64,000 bases of DNA from an uncultured Candidatus Saccharibacteria bacterium (GTDB lineage Bacteria > Patescibacteriota > Minisyncoccia > RBG-13-40-8-A). Shown one piece after another: positions 41,179 through 51,822 of this stretch. The notes beneath the pieces are model-generated. The model saw nothing but the letters and a program-made list of their open reading frames with translations, made no database searches and was not told the origin of the DNA. Positions within the stretch are counted from its first letter, which is position 1. Each line of letters opens with the position of its first letter. Where the stretch lies: NCBI GenBank assembly GCA_965231075.1, contig OZ246412.1:91903-155902 (forward strand), in the 5' to 3' direction. The position numbers were made by a program, and so were the translations under genes.

Positions 41179-42087
41179 ATGAAAAATTATGATTTGATTA
41201 TTATTGGTGCTGGACCGGCGGGGGTTTCGGCGGGAGTTTATGCTAAGAATTTTGGCATAAATTGTTTAGTTATTGGCGAAACGTCAGGAGGAACAATCAA
41301 CACCGCATACAAGGTAGAAAATTATCCGGGAATTTTTAACGTTACCGGCAAAGAACTAGGCGAAAAAATGGAAGAACATCTCAATCACTTAGAAGTGCCA
41401 ATCGCCAAAGAAAGAGTAAACAAGATTTTAAAAGACAAGGATCAATTTAAAGTTGTTACCGAACAAAATGAATATCAGGCCAAAACAATTATCTTGGCAC
41501 TAGGCACAGAAGCCAAAAAAATTGAAATTAAAAATATAAATAAATTTGAACAAAAAGGCGTGAGTTATTGTTCAAAAAATTGTGTTTCATTGTTTAAACA
41601 AAAAAATATTGTAATTGTTGGGGGCGCAAATGCGGCAGTGATGGGGGCGGTGATGCTCGCCGAAGAAGCAGAAAAGATTTACTTGGTTTATAGAAAAGAC
41701 AAATTAAGAGCCGATGATTTGTGGGTTAAGAGAGTTGAAGAATTAAAAAATATCGAAACGATTTATAATGCCAATGTTGTTGAAGCGAACGGTAAAGATT
41801 GGCTAGAGGAAGTGGTTTTAGATAATGGTAAAAAATTAGAAGTGAGCGGTTTAATTATTGAAGCGGGTTCAGTGCCGAACACGGTTTTATTGCAGGATCT
41901 GGGTGTGGAAACGAATGAATTTGGTTTCATCAAAGTAGACGAAGCCCAAAAAACAAATATTGTTGGCGTGTTTGCTGCTGGCGATATAACCACTGGTTCT
42001 AATAATTTCCGCCAAGTGGTTACCGCTGTTTCCGAGGGTGCAATCGCCACATTAGAAGCGTTTAAATTTTTAAATAACAAGAAATAA
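41179..42087 (+). CDS. Thioredoxin reductase-like FAD oxidoreductase
   Basis: IIGAGPAG, VENYPG, GVFAAGD; redox motif atypical (CSKNC). Confidence 0.85.
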   Translation: MKNYDLIIIGAGPAGVSAGVYAKNFGINCLVIGETSGGTINTAYKVENYPGIFNVTGKELGEKMEEHLNHLEVPIAKERVNKILKDKDQFKVVTEQNEYQAKTIILALGTEAKKIEIKNINKFEQKGVSYCSKNCVSLFKQKNIVIVGGANAAVMGAVMLAEEAEKIYLVYRKDKLRADDLWVKRVEELKNIETIYNANVVEANGKDWLEEVVLDNGKKLEVSGLIIEAGSVPNTVLLQDLGVETNEFGFIKVDEAQKTNIVGVFAAGDITTGSNNFRQVVTAVSEGAIATLEAFKFLNNKK

Positions 42088-42089
42088 TT

Positions 42090-43166
42090 ATGAGTCATAA
42101 AATCACATTAATCCCTGGTGATGGAACGGGACCAGAAATTGTTTACGCGGTAAAGAAATGTCTTGATGCTGCTGGTGCCAACATTGAGTGGGAAGAAATG
42201 GACGCAGGGCTATCGGCAATTGAAAAATATGGCACACCATTGCCACCCAAAACTCTGGATTCAATTAAGAAAAATAAGATTGCCCTAAAGGGGCCAATCA
42301 CAACTCCGATTGGTACAGGTTTTCGCTCTGTGAATGTGTCCTTAAGGCAAGAATTGGGCCTGTACGCGTGTTTAAGGCCGTGCCGGTCATACACAGGGAT
42401 AAATTCTAAATATAACAACGTCGACATTGTAATTGTCAGAGAAAATAGTGAAGATTTGTATGCGGGGATTGAATTTGAAAAAGACAAACCCGAAACCAAG
42501 GAATTGTTAAAATGGATCAAAGAAAAAACAGGGAAGAATCTTGATTCCAGTACAGCGTTGGGCGTAAAACCAATTTCTGAAAAAGCTTCCCGAAAAATAA
42601 TTGAATTCGCGTTTAAATATGCCAAAGAGAATAATCGTAAAAAAGTCAGCTGTATTCATAAAGCCAATATTATGAAATTTACAGATGGCTTATTTTTAAA
42701 AACGGCCAGAGAAATTGCTGAAAAATATAAAGAAATCGAATTTGAAGAGGTGATTGTCGACAATTTAACCATGCAACTTGTTTTGAGACCAAACAATTTT
42801 GATGTTTTAGTTTTACCAAATTTGTACGGCGATATAATCTCGGATTTATGTGCAGGACTGGTTGGCGGATTAGGAGTAGCGCCGGGAGCGAATATCGGTG
42901 AGGGGATTGCGGTTTTCGAGCCCACACACGGTTCAGCCCCGAAATATACTGGCATGAATAAGGTTAATCCATCAGCAACGCTTTTATCGGCAATTATGAT
43001 GTTGCGACACATTAGTGAAGATAAAATTGCTTTAAAAATCGAAAACGCCTGGAAAGAAGTGATTAAAGATGGGAAAGACGTAACTTATGATTTAAAGTCA
43101 GATAGAAACGACCCCAGTGCTGTGGGGACAATTGAAATGATTGATGCGATTATAAAAAAGCTTTAA
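42090..43166 (+). CDS. Isocitrate/isopropylmalate dehydrogenase family enzyme
   Basis: IPGDGTGPEI, HKANIMK, NLYGDIISD, FEPTHGSAP. Confidence 0.92.
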   Translation: MSHKITLIPGDGTGPEIVYAVKKCLDAAGANIEWEEMDAGLSAIEKYGTPLPPKTLDSIKKNKIALKGPITTPIGTGFRSVNVSLRQELGLYACLRPCRSYTGINSKYNNVDIVIVRENSEDLYAGIEFEKDKPETKELLKWIKEKTGKNLDSSTALGVKPISEKASRKIIEFAFKYAKENNRKKVSCIHKANIMKFTDGLFLKTAREIAEKYKEIEFEEVIVDNLTMQLVLRPNNFDVLVLPNLYGDIISDLCAGLVGGLGVAPGANIGEGIAVFEPTHGSAPKYTGMNKVNPSATLLSAIMMLRHISEDKIALKIENAWKEVIKDGKDVTYDLKSDRNDPSAVGTIEMIDAIIKKL

Positions 43167-43209
43167 AAGTGATATAATTAAAATATAACATTTAATATAG
43201 TAAAAATTT

Positions 43210-44241
43210 ATGTTCACAAAAGTAGCAATAAATGGCTTTGGGAGAATTGGTCGAAGTTTTTTAAGATTGGCCCACGAACGAAACGACTTGAGAATTGTGG
43301 CAATAAATGATCTGGCCGATCTAGAAAATCTGGCCTATCTTTTAAAACACGACAGTGTTTACGGCGCATACGATCACAAAGTTAGCGTTGATTTAAAGCA
43401 GAAAAAATTAATTATTGATAACCAAAAAATCGACTTCTTTCAAGAGAAAGACCCAGCGAAATTACCTTGGGCGAGACTGGGGGTGGACGTGGTTGTTGAA
43501 GCAACGGGATTTTTTGATTCCTTTGAAGGAAGTTCTGCACACATTAAAGCCGGAGCGAAAAGAGTGGTGATTACTGCGCCATCAAAAGATGATGATGAAA
43601 GTTTCAAGTTTGGCGGGACCGTGCTTTTGGGAATTAACGAAAAAGACATGTCGAAGGTAAATATCACTTCCAATGGTTCTTGTACAACCAATGCAGTTGC
43701 ACCAGTAATGGCAGTTTTGTCAGAAAATCCCGGAATTAAAAAAGCAGTTTTAAATACCACTCATGCCTACACGGCAACACAAAAAATTGTTGACGGTCCA
43801 GATACCAAAGATTGGCGCAGAGGCAGGGCAGGAGCAATTAGTTTGGTGCCGTCTTCTACGGGAGCAGCGATTACAGTTACAAAAGTTGTGAAAAATTTAA
43901 AAGGCGTATTTGATGGTTTGGCAATCAGGACTCCGGTCCCAACAGTTTCTTTGGCGGACATGACGTTTGTTGCTAATCGAAAAACTTCAGTCGAAGAAAT
44001 TAATAATATTTTAATTGAAGCGTCAAAAAAACCACACTGGAAAGGGATTTTAAGTGTCACTAACGAACAATTGGTTTCTTCAGATTTGATTGGTATTACT
44101 ACCGCAGCGGTTGTGGATTTAGGATTTACAAAAGTTATTGATGGGGACTTGGTGAAGGTTATGGCATGGTACGATAACGAATGGGGTTATTCTTCAACTT
44201 TAGTTGAACACGTAATTAAGGCGGGAAAGTTAATCAAATAA
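43210..44241 (+). CDS. gap: Glyceraldehyde-3-phosphate dehydrogenase, type I
   Basis: NGFGRIGR, SCTTN, WYDNEWGYS. Confidence 0.96.
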   Translation: MFTKVAINGFGRIGRSFLRLAHERNDLRIVAINDLADLENLAYLLKHDSVYGAYDHKVSVDLKQKKLIIDNQKIDFFQEKDPAKLPWARLGVDVVVEATGFFDSFEGSSAHIKAGAKRVVITAPSKDDDESFKFGGTVLLGINEKDMSKVNITSNGSCTTNAVAPVMAVLSENPGIKKAVLNTTHAYTATQKIVDGPDTKDWRRGRAGAISLVPSSTGAAITVTKVVKNLKGVFDGLAIRTPVPTVSLADMTFVANRKTSVEEINNILIEASKKPHWKGILSVTNEQLVSSDLIGITTAAVVDLGFTKVIDGDLVKVMAWYDNEWGYSSTLVEHVIKAGKLIK

Positions 44242-44260
44242 TTTTTAATTTATAAAATTT

Positions 44261-44704
44261 ATGATTTACTTAGGTGCCGATCATGGAGGGTTTAGTTTCA
44301 AAGAAAAAATCAAAGAATATTTAAAAGAACTAAAAACAGATTTTGTTGATTTGGGAAACTTAAAACTTGAACCACAAGACGATTTTGTGGATTATGCTGA
44401 AGCAGTGGCAAATAAAGTTGCTGAAACCAAACAAAAGGGGATATTGATTTGTACTACTGGCGAGGGAATGTGTATGGCGGCCAACAAGATTAAGGGGGTC
44501 AGAGCGGCGTCTCCAACTAATAAAAAAGCCGCACAACAAACCCGAGAACATCTTGATGCTAATATTTTATGTTTAGGTGAACATACAATGTCGTTTCGGG
44601 AAGCAAAAAAAATTATTAAAATTTGGCTGGAAACCGATTTCTTTAACGCTGAAAGATATATCAGAAGAATAAATAAAATTAAAAAACTAGAAAATGAAAA
44701 CTGA
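44261..44704 (+). CDS. rpiB: Ribose-5-phosphate isomerase B
   Basis: GADHGG, ICTTGEG, ANKIKGVRA, H.DANIL. Confidence 0.9.
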   Translation: MIYLGADHGGFSFKEKIKEYLKELKTDFVDLGNLKLEPQDDFVDYAEAVANKVAETKQKGILICTTGEGMCMAANKIKGVRAASPTNKKAAQQTREHLDANILCLGEHTMSFREAKKIIKIWLETDFFNAERYIRRINKIKKLENEN

Positions 44705-45392
44705 AATAATCCCCACAATTTTGGTTAAAACTTTCGAAGAGGTGAAAGAAAGAATAAAGTTAGTTGAAGGACTGGTAGAGTGGGTGCAAATTGATGTCAT
44801 GGACGGCGTTTTTGTTTATAATGAAACCTGGCCACACACTGCTGTGCCTGGAAAAGCAAAAAAGGGTAAAGTATATTTTAAAGAAATTGAAAAATTAAAA
44901 AAAATAGATATTAAGCCAAAACTAGAAATTCATTTAATGGTTGAAAGACCCGAAGAAGAATTTGATAAGTGGCTAGAAGTTGCAGAAAGAATTTTTGTTC
45001 CTTTTGAATCCAAAATTACTAATCGCGAACTAGGAATTCAAGCAATGATCGAAAAAGCACACGCACAAAATAAAGAGTTTGGACTGGTTTTAAACCCAGA
45101 AACGCATTTTGCCGCTGCCTTACCATTTATTAAAGACTTGGATTTGGTTTTATTTATGACTGTTCAACCAGGTTGGGGTGGGCAAGAATTTAAAAATTGG
45201 GTGCTTGATAAAATTAGAGAACTGAGAAAACGATGGCCCAAAGGAAATATCGAGGTTGATGGCGGAGTGAACGACGAAAACATTAAAAGCATTTATGATG
45301 CCGGAGCAAATTTATTCGGCGTGGGCACGCATATTTATCGTAGTAAGGATATTAAAAAAGCAATCGAAAAATTAAATAAAATAATCAAATAA
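44694..45392 (+). CDS. rpe: Ribulose-phosphate 3-epimerase
   Basis: DVMDGVFV, HLMV, MTVQPGWGGQ, EVDGG. Confidence 0.9.
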   Translation: MKTEIIPTILVKTFEEVKERIKLVEGLVEWVQIDVMDGVFVYNETWPHTAVPGKAKKGKVYFKEIEKLKKIDIKPKLEIHLMVERPEEEFDKWLEVAERIFVPFESKITNRELGIQAMIEKAHAQNKEFGLVLNPETHFAAALPFIKDLDLVLFMTVQPGWGGQEFKNWVLDKIRELRKRWPKGNIEVDGGVNDENIKSIYDAGANLFGVGTHIYRSKDIKKAIEKLNKIIK

Positions 45393-45400
45393 AACAAATT

Positions 45401-46393
45401 ATGTTTGATGTTATTGCATTCGGTTCAGCGACTCGAGATTTCTTTTTAAGAAGTAAAAATTTTAAAGTTGTAAAAAGCGATGATTTTACCACCGGACAGG
45501 GGATATGTTTTGATTTGGGATCAAAAAATCAAATTGATGATATCTTTTTTGCTTCGGGCGGGGGAGCGACTAATGTTTCAGCAACTTTTGCCTATCAAGG
45601 ATTTAAGGTTGGATGTGTGGGCAAGGTAGGACAAGATCTTGGTGGTGAATCAATTAAAAAAGAATTAAAACAATTAAAAATCAAAGACTTGCTTGTGACC
45701 GATAAAAACAAAATTACCGGACATTCGATCATTCTTTCGGTTTCTGACAAAGAAAGGACAATTTTAAATTATCCGGGAGCCTGTTATGATTTAACTTCTG
45801 AAGACGTTCCGTTCAACAAAATAAAAGCTAAATGGTTTTATATTGCACCTCTGGCAGGAAATTCAGCTAAATCTCTTTTGCCAATCATAAATTATGCCAA
45901 GAAAAATAAAATTAAAGTTGCTTTAAATCCCGGCAAAGATCAATTATCTTTGGGATTGGAAGGATTAAAGGACGTTCTGGAAAGTGTTGACATTTTAAAT
46001 TTAAATCAAGAAGAAGGAGCAAAATTAGCTGAACTGCCATTCGAACAAGAAAATGAAATTTTTAAGAAACTAGATGAATATGTAAAAGGCGTTGTAATTA
46101 TGACTAAAGGGAAAGACGGAGTTGTTGTTTCTGATGGAGAATATATTTACAGCGCGGGAACGTTTCAAGAAGAAAAGTTTGTTGACCGAACTGGGGCCGG
46201 AGATGCATTTGGTTCGGGTTTTGTTTCGGGAATGATGCGTTATGGTACCGTCGAAGAGGCAATAAGATTGGGAACTGCCAACGGCACTGCGGTTGTGGAA
46301 GTTATGGGTGCAAAAAATGGATTATTAACAAGAAAACGTTTTGAAACAGAATCACGTTGGAATAATTTAGAAATTAATAAAGTAAAATTGTAG
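45401..46393 (+). CDS. PfkB family carbohydrate kinase
   Basis: GGGATNV, DRTGAGDAFGSG. Confidence 0.92.
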   Translation: MFDVIAFGSATRDFFLRSKNFKVVKSDDFTTGQGICFDLGSKNQIDDIFFASGGGATNVSATFAYQGFKVGCVGKVGQDLGGESIKKELKQLKIKDLLVTDKNKITGHSIILSVSDKERTILNYPGACYDLTSEDVPFNKIKAKWFYIAPLAGNSAKSLLPIINYAKKNKIKVALNPGKDQLSLGLEGLKDVLESVDILNLNQEEGAKLAELPFEQENEIFKKLDEYVKGVVIMTKGKDGVVVSDGEYIYSAGTFQEEKFVDRTGAGDAFGSGFVSGMMRYGTVEEAIRLGTANGTAVVEVMGAKNGLLTRKRFETESRWNNLEINKVKL

Positions 46394-46519
46394 GCTCAAA
46401 TTATTTATACAAAGACACGTGTTGATTTTTTTAATAAAAAAATCACACTCTATCTCAGCCCCGCGCGGCGGGGCTTCCGATGCGGTCTTTTTAATAAATA
46501 ATTCTCGCTTAGTTTATAT

Positions 46520-47758
46520 ATGAATAGTTACGAATATATAGCAAAAATATTTAGAACCAAACCAGAGGTTGTGAAAGAAATGGAAGAAAAAATGAATAAA
46601 GTTACTGGTAAAACAGGGGTGCTTGATAAAATAGTTAAAGAAAACGAGCGTCGTATTGGCAAAACGTTGTCTGATTTGAATTGTCACGACTATTCTGCAG
46701 AAAACATTGCTCTGGCGCTGATTACTAAATTACAAAAGGATGATCGCGCTGTACATGAATTATTTCGTAAGCCCGATGGAGCAAGCATTGAGGGTTATGA
46801 AACATTATTTAATTTTGCACTGGAGTTAGCTAACACCGAACCCTTGTTTGTGCTTAAAGAAGAGATTGCTAAAGACATTTTAAGAAAAAATCCACCACCA
46901 AATATTATGAAAGTGTTGGGATATAAAGACGTAGAAGAACTTCTAGAAAAAGAAAATCTTTATGAAATTTTTGCTGCCTTTAGATTTGTTGAAGACAAAG
47001 AGTGGATGCATAAAGCATTTGACGAAACCTATAAGAAATTAATTCCCGATGATTTTGAAGAAAGGAAAACTAAATTAATTGTTTTATCAGAAAAGTGGTT
47101 GAAAATCGCCGAAGGATTTGTAAAGAAAAAATATCATAATGTTAGTCATTTAAAAGAATTAGGCGTAGTGTTTGTGATCCCCTTAAAAATTAACACTCCC
47201 GGAGAAACACTAAGAGTGTTTTCAATGGTTTTACACTATTTGCACGAAACAGAATTTTATTCGAAATTGTTTAGAAAAGCAAGTTTATCAGAAAATTTTG
47301 GCAAAAAGGTTATTTCTTTACTGAAGGGGGAAATTTTAGAACAACCCAAAGACGAGCAAAAAATGATTTGGCCAATTATTCAAAGATATTTAGCCAAAGA
47401 TAATCCCAATGATCCATATCTGTTTATTCCTCACGTTAATCCTGAAGCACTGCATTGGAAAAAAACTGAAAAGAATATCAGTGATTTAGGAAAAAGATTC
47501 GAAAACATTGATTTAGAGATGTGGTTTGATTTGGATTGGGCAGGAGGATTTTTTAAGAACAAAAAACAAGAAGAAGAATTAATAAGTTTTGATCTGATTG
47601 ATAACTGGATGGGCCTGGTAAACAAAGAACAAAGCTTAAAGTATCTTTATCACCACCAAGAAGCGCTGTGGAACGAAATTTTTTCTCAATACATGGGCTC
47701 AGAGAATCTAGAAAAATTAATGGTGGATAATTTTGACAAAGGTTATATTGAATTATGA
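46520..47758 (+). CDS. Hypothetical protein inside the sugar-phosphate cluster
   Basis: 412-aa ORF; stop overlaps the fba start (ATGA). Confidence 0.75.
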   Translation: MNSYEYIAKIFRTKPEVVKEMEEKMNKVTGKTGVLDKIVKENERRIGKTLSDLNCHDYSAENIALALITKLQKDDRAVHELFRKPDGASIEGYETLFNFALELANTEPLFVLKEEIAKDILRKNPPPNIMKVLGYKDVEELLEKENLYEIFAAFRFVEDKEWMHKAFDETYKKLIPDDFEERKTKLIVLSEKWLKIAEGFVKKKYHNVSHLKELGVVFVIPLKINTPGETLRVFSMVLHYLHETEFYSKLFRKASLSENFGKKVISLLKGEILEQPKDEQKMIWPIIQRYLAKDNPNDPYLFIPHVNPEALHWKKTEKNISDLGKRFENIDLEMWFDLDWAGGFFKNKKQEEELISFDLIDNWMGLVNKEQSLKYLYHHQEALWNEIFSQYMGSENLEKLMVDNFDKGYIEL

Positions 47759-48621
47759 AAACGATAGAAATTTTTGAAAAAGCGCAAATACATGGATATG
47801 CAATCGGACAATTTAATGTTTCCACTGACGAACAAATAACAGCAGTAGTTGAGGCGGCCAAAGAATTAAATGCACCAGTGATTATTGGAACATCAGAAGG
47901 GGAGAGAGAATTTATTGGTGTCGATCAAATTGTTGCACTAGTTAGGTCTTGGCAGAAAGAAACTGGATTGCCAATTATCTTGAATGCTGATCACTGCAAA
48001 ACATTCGAAAGCATTAAAGAAGTTGTTGATGCTGGTTACGACAGCGTTCATTTTGACGGATCTAAATTATCGTTTGACGAAAACGTGGCAATCACAAAAC
48101 GAGTCATTGAATATGCAAAAAGTGTAAATCCGGATATTGTTGTAGAAGCGGAAATCGGCTGTTTGCCAGGAGGTTCAGATATTCACGGAGATGTAAAAAT
48201 AAAATTTTCTGATTTAACTCAACCCGAAGAAGCAAAAGAGTTTATTAAACAAACGAAAGTTGATTTGTTGGCAGTTGCCATTGGCAATGTTCATGGCATG
48301 AAGGAAGGAGGCGACGATGATCCACATTTATATATTGATCGCTTAGAAGAAATTAGACGAGCTGTGCCCAGCACGATGTTGGTTTTGCACGGTGGGTCAG
48401 GAACACCAAGAAACGATATGCAGCAAGCAATAAAAAACGGGATAGTGAAAATCAACATCAATACCGAAATCAGGGTGGCCTACAAAAACGCGTTAAAGAA
48501 ATTTTTAGAAGAAAATTTAGACGAAGTTAAGCCATATAAAATTTTATCTCCCGCCATGGAAGCGGTCAAGGAAGTAGTTAAAGATAAAATAATATTATTC
48601 GGAAGTCAGAACAAAGCTTGA
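47755..48621 (+). CDS. fba: Class II fructose-bisphosphate aldolase
   Basis: ADH, DGS, GNVHG, VLHGGSG, KININT. Confidence 0.93.
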   Translation: MKTIEIFEKAQIHGYAIGQFNVSTDEQITAVVEAAKELNAPVIIGTSEGEREFIGVDQIVALVRSWQKETGLPIILNADHCKTFESIKEVVDAGYDSVHFDGSKLSFDENVAITKRVIEYAKSVNPDIVVEAEIGCLPGGSDIHGDVKIKFSDLTQPEEAKEFIKQTKVDLLAVAIGNVHGMKEGGDDDPHLYIDRLEEIRRAVPSTMLVLHGGSGTPRNDMQQAIKNGIVKININTEIRVAYKNALKKFLEENLDEVKPYKILSPAMEAVKEVVKDKIILFGSQNKA

Positions 48622-48655
48622 TTTTTAAATTAAGTTCTGATAGTATAAAAATACT

Positions 48656-49312
48656 ATGGAATTAGAATTGAAAGCCGAAAAAAGAGAAGATGTAGGAAAA
48701 AAATTAGAAACCCTTAGAGAAAAGGGAATCATTCCTGCTGTGGTTTATGGCTCGGGTCATAAGCCAGTTTCGGTTCAAGTCAATTATGAAGAATTCCGAA
48801 AAGTTTTTGAACAATCCGGAGAAAACACGCTTGTTAAATTAAAAGTTGGAAATGAATCCAAAAATGTTTTAATTAACGAAATTGCCAAAGATCCGATGAG
48901 CGACAGATTTATTCATGTTGATTTTTATCAAGTAAGAATGGATCAAGTGATTAAGGCAGAAGTGCCGTTAGTTTTTGAAGGCGAAGCACCGGCAGTTAAG
49001 AACTTAGAGGGTGTTTTAGTTAAGAACATGAATCATATCGAAGTGGAATCGTTACCAAAAGATTTGCCACACGAGATTAAAATTGATATTTCAATACTAG
49101 ATTCTTTTGATAAAAACATTAGAATTAAAGATATTAAATTACCGACCGGAGTGAAAACAGACATTAATTTAGAAGAAGTAATTGTTTCTGTAATACCTCC
49201 AAGAACTGAAGAAGAAATTAAATCTACTGAAGAGGTCAAAGAAACTGTTGAGCCAGAATTAGTTAAGGACGAAAAGAAAACTGACGAAGAGGAGGGAGGA
49301 GCAGAATCATAA
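48656..49312 (+). CDS. rplY: 50S ribosomal protein L25/Ctc
   Basis: IPAVVYG, HVDFY. Confidence 0.93.
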   Translation: MELELKAEKREDVGKKLETLREKGIIPAVVYGSGHKPVSVQVNYEEFRKVFEQSGENTLVKLKVGNESKNVLINEIAKDPMSDRFIHVDFYQVRMDQVIKAEVPLVFEGEAPAVKNLEGVLVKNMNHIEVESLPKDLPHEIKIDISILDSFDKNIRIKDIKLPTGVKTDINLEEVIVSVIPPRTEEEIKSTEEVKETVEPELVKDEKKTDEEEGGAES

Positions 49313-49320
49313 TTTTAGTA

Positions 49321-50643
49321 ATGATTAAGCTCAAAAAGTTTAATAAAATTTGTATTTCAGTAGTGATTACTGCCATTTTATGTGCTATTCCGCCTACGGC
49401 GGATTTTGTTTTTGCTGAACCCTCTTTTGATCTTGACGTTCAAGAACAAGAAGCCGAGGCACGATTGAAGGAGTTGGAGTCAAAAATTGGTCAATACAAG
49501 CAGGCGATAACCGAGAATCAGCAACAAGCAAAATCATTAAAAACCGAAATCACGATTTTGGACGCACAAATCGACTCTACGGAATTAGAAATTCAAAGAA
49601 CCGATTTGCTGATCAAAAAACTAGACAAACAAATTAATCAAAAAGAAAAATCAATTCGCGAGATAGAACGCGAAGTTGACTTGGAGAAAACCACAATTGC
49701 TGAACTGTTAAGGGAGGTAAGAAAATATGACGACACTTCTCTGGTAGAGGTAGTTTTAACCGAAGGCAATTTATCAGACTTTCTTTTAGAGATGAGGTCT
49801 TTAGAAAATTTTCATCAACAAGTTCAAGAACAACTTAAAAAAATTTCTAATGCTAAACTAGCGCTAGAAAAAGAAAAAACCGATCTCACCAACGAAAAAG
49901 AAGAACAAGCATCTTTAAAGTATATACAAAACGAACAAAGAATCTCACTGGAATCCAAGAAGAAACAAAGAAACAATTTATTGGTACAAACCAAAGGACA
50001 AGAAAATTTATTTAATCAGTTAATGAAAAAAACTCAAGCCGATATTGAGACGATAAAAAATAAACTTTATTTTTTACAAGGAATATCAACTGATGGCTCA
50101 TTGAGATTCGAAGATGCTTATAAATATGCAAAATTTGCCGGAATTCATACCGGAATAAGGCCGGCGTTTCTGTTGGCAATTTTAAGTAGAGAATCAGAGC
50201 TAGGAAAAAATATCGGTAAGGGAACCTGGCGAGTAGACATGAAACCCAGTCAAAGAACATATTATTTACAAATTTGTGAAGAATTGGGAATTGATCCGGA
50301 CAAATACCCCGTATCAAAAAAGGTTTGGTATGGTTGGGGTGGAGCAATGGGGCCAGCACAAATGATGCCAGCAACCTGGTTGGGATATAAAGCTAAAATC
50401 TCCGAAATAACAGGAAACGATCCACCGTCGCCATGGAACATTAAAGACGCATTTGTCGCTTCGGCGCTTTACCTAGTAAATAAAGGAGCGGCCGAAAAAA
50501 CAGAAAAGGCCGAATGGAAGGCGGCAATGATGTATTTGGCTGGTGCGAATTGGCAAAAATCATCTCTACGCTTTTACGGTGATCAAGTAATGGATCGAGC
50601 CGAAAACTTCCAAGAACAGATTGATATTTTGGAAAAAGGATAA
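49321..50643 (+). CDS. Secreted coiled-coil lytic murein transglycosylase (paralog of 12542..13882)
   Basis: LAILSRES, GGAMGPAQMMPATW. Confidence 0.85.
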   Translation: MIKLKKFNKICISVVITAILCAIPPTADFVFAEPSFDLDVQEQEAEARLKELESKIGQYKQAITENQQQAKSLKTEITILDAQIDSTELEIQRTDLLIKKLDKQINQKEKSIREIEREVDLEKTTIAELLREVRKYDDTSLVEVVLTEGNLSDFLLEMRSLENFHQQVQEQLKKISNAKLALEKEKTDLTNEKEEQASLKYIQNEQRISLESKKKQRNNLLVQTKGQENLFNQLMKKTQADIETIKNKLYFLQGISTDGSLRFEDAYKYAKFAGIHTGIRPAFLLAILSRESELGKNIGKGTWRVDMKPSQRTYYLQICEELGIDPDKYPVSKKVWYGWGGAMGPAQMMPATWLGYKAKISEITGNDPPSPWNIKDAFVASALYLVNKGAAEKTEKAEWKAAMMYLAGANWQKSSLRFYGDQVMDRAENFQEQIDILEKG

Positions 50644-50691
50644 AAAATAACGACTTACGAAGTCGTTATTTTAAAATTTAATTTCTGTCTT

Positions 50692-51426
50692 TTATTCTCC
50701 CTTCTGGAATTTTTTGATAACCGGATAAAAATTACCGTTGATAATGTCTTCAATGTTATGCCATTCTTTTTTGATGCGATGGTCGGTGATGCGATCTTGG
50801 GGGAAGTTATAAGTGCGAATTTTTTCTGATCTATCAGCGGTGCCAATTTGTGCGTTTCTTTCTTGTCCCAACTTTTGAATATCTTTCTGTGCCAAGAATG
50901 CGAAAAGCCGTGAACGCAATAAGTTCATGGCTGTTTCTTTATTTGCGGCTTGACTGCGTTCGCGTTGAGAGGCAACGACAAACCCCGATGGAATATGTGT
51001 AATTCTGATTGCAGATTCAGTTTTGTTTACATATTGTCCGCCTGGTCCCGAAGAACGAAAAGTATCAATTTTTAAATCACTGGGCTTAATTTCAAATTCC
51101 TTGGGCTCGACATAGGGGAGTACGGCTACTGATGCGGTAGAAGTATGGATTCTGCCATTCTTTTCTGTTTCAGGAATTCTTTGTACGCGATGAACTCCGC
51201 CTTCTTGTTTTAGTAAATTATAGACATCAGTGCCAGAAATTTGAAAACTAATTTCTTTAATTCCTCTGGGCCCGGATTCGCTAGACTCCAAAACTCTTAC
51301 TTTCCAGCCTTGTTTTTCAGCAAAACGAGAATACATTCGATATAAATCAGCAGCAAAAATGGCGGCTTCATCGCCACCAGCCCCAGCTCTAATCTCTATA
51401 ATTATGCTGTTAGGATTAGCACTCAT
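50692..51426 (-). CDS. prfA: Peptide chain release factor 1, N-terminally short (244 aa)
   Basis: EIRAGAGGDEA, PET (PxT motif), GGQ, RTYNFPQDR. Confidence 0.92.
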   Translation of the reverse strand: MSANPNSIIIEIRAGAGGDEAAIFAADLYRMYSRFAEKQGWKVRVLESSESGPRGIKEISFQISGTDVYNLLKQEGGVHRVQRIPETEKNGRIHTSTASVAVLPYVEPKEFEIKPSDLKIDTFRSSGPGGQYVNKTESAIRITHIPSGFVVASQRERSQAANKETAMNLLRSRLFAFLAQKDIQKLGQERNAQIGTADRSEKIRTYNFPQDRITDHRIKKEWHNIEDIINGNFYPVIKKFQKGE

Positions 51427-51439
51427 AAATTAATAAAAT

Positions 51440-51649
51440 TTATTTTGTTTTCTTGGCTAATCGCTTCTTGAATTTATCAACACGTCCAGCAGCGTCAACG
51501 ATTTTGTCTTGGCCAGTGTAAAAGGGGTGACAAGCACTACAAACCTCGACATTGATTTCGGGCTTGGTTGCGCCCATCTTAAAGATTTTGCCACAACCAC
51601 AACGCACTGTTGCGTCGCTGTAATACTTTGGGTGAATATCTTTTTTCAT
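51440..51649 (-). CDS. rpmE: 50S ribosomal protein L31
   Basis: [19 protein letters not shown]. Confidence 0.96.
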   Translation of the reverse strand: MKKDIHPKYYSDATVRCGCGKIFKMGATKPEINVEVCSACHPFYTGQDKIVDAAGRVDKFKKRLAKKTK

Positions 51650-51822
51650 AAATTATTTTTACTTATTGAATCTTTCCCGACGTGTGAGTCGGGACCCCGA
51701 CCAATGCGTCGGGGTTTTCATATAATTTATGATATAATATATTTATATGGCAGTCAACCTTGCCCCGTCTTGGCGGGGTAAATGTTGATTTATTTAAATT
51801 CTTATGATAGTATAAACTCCAT

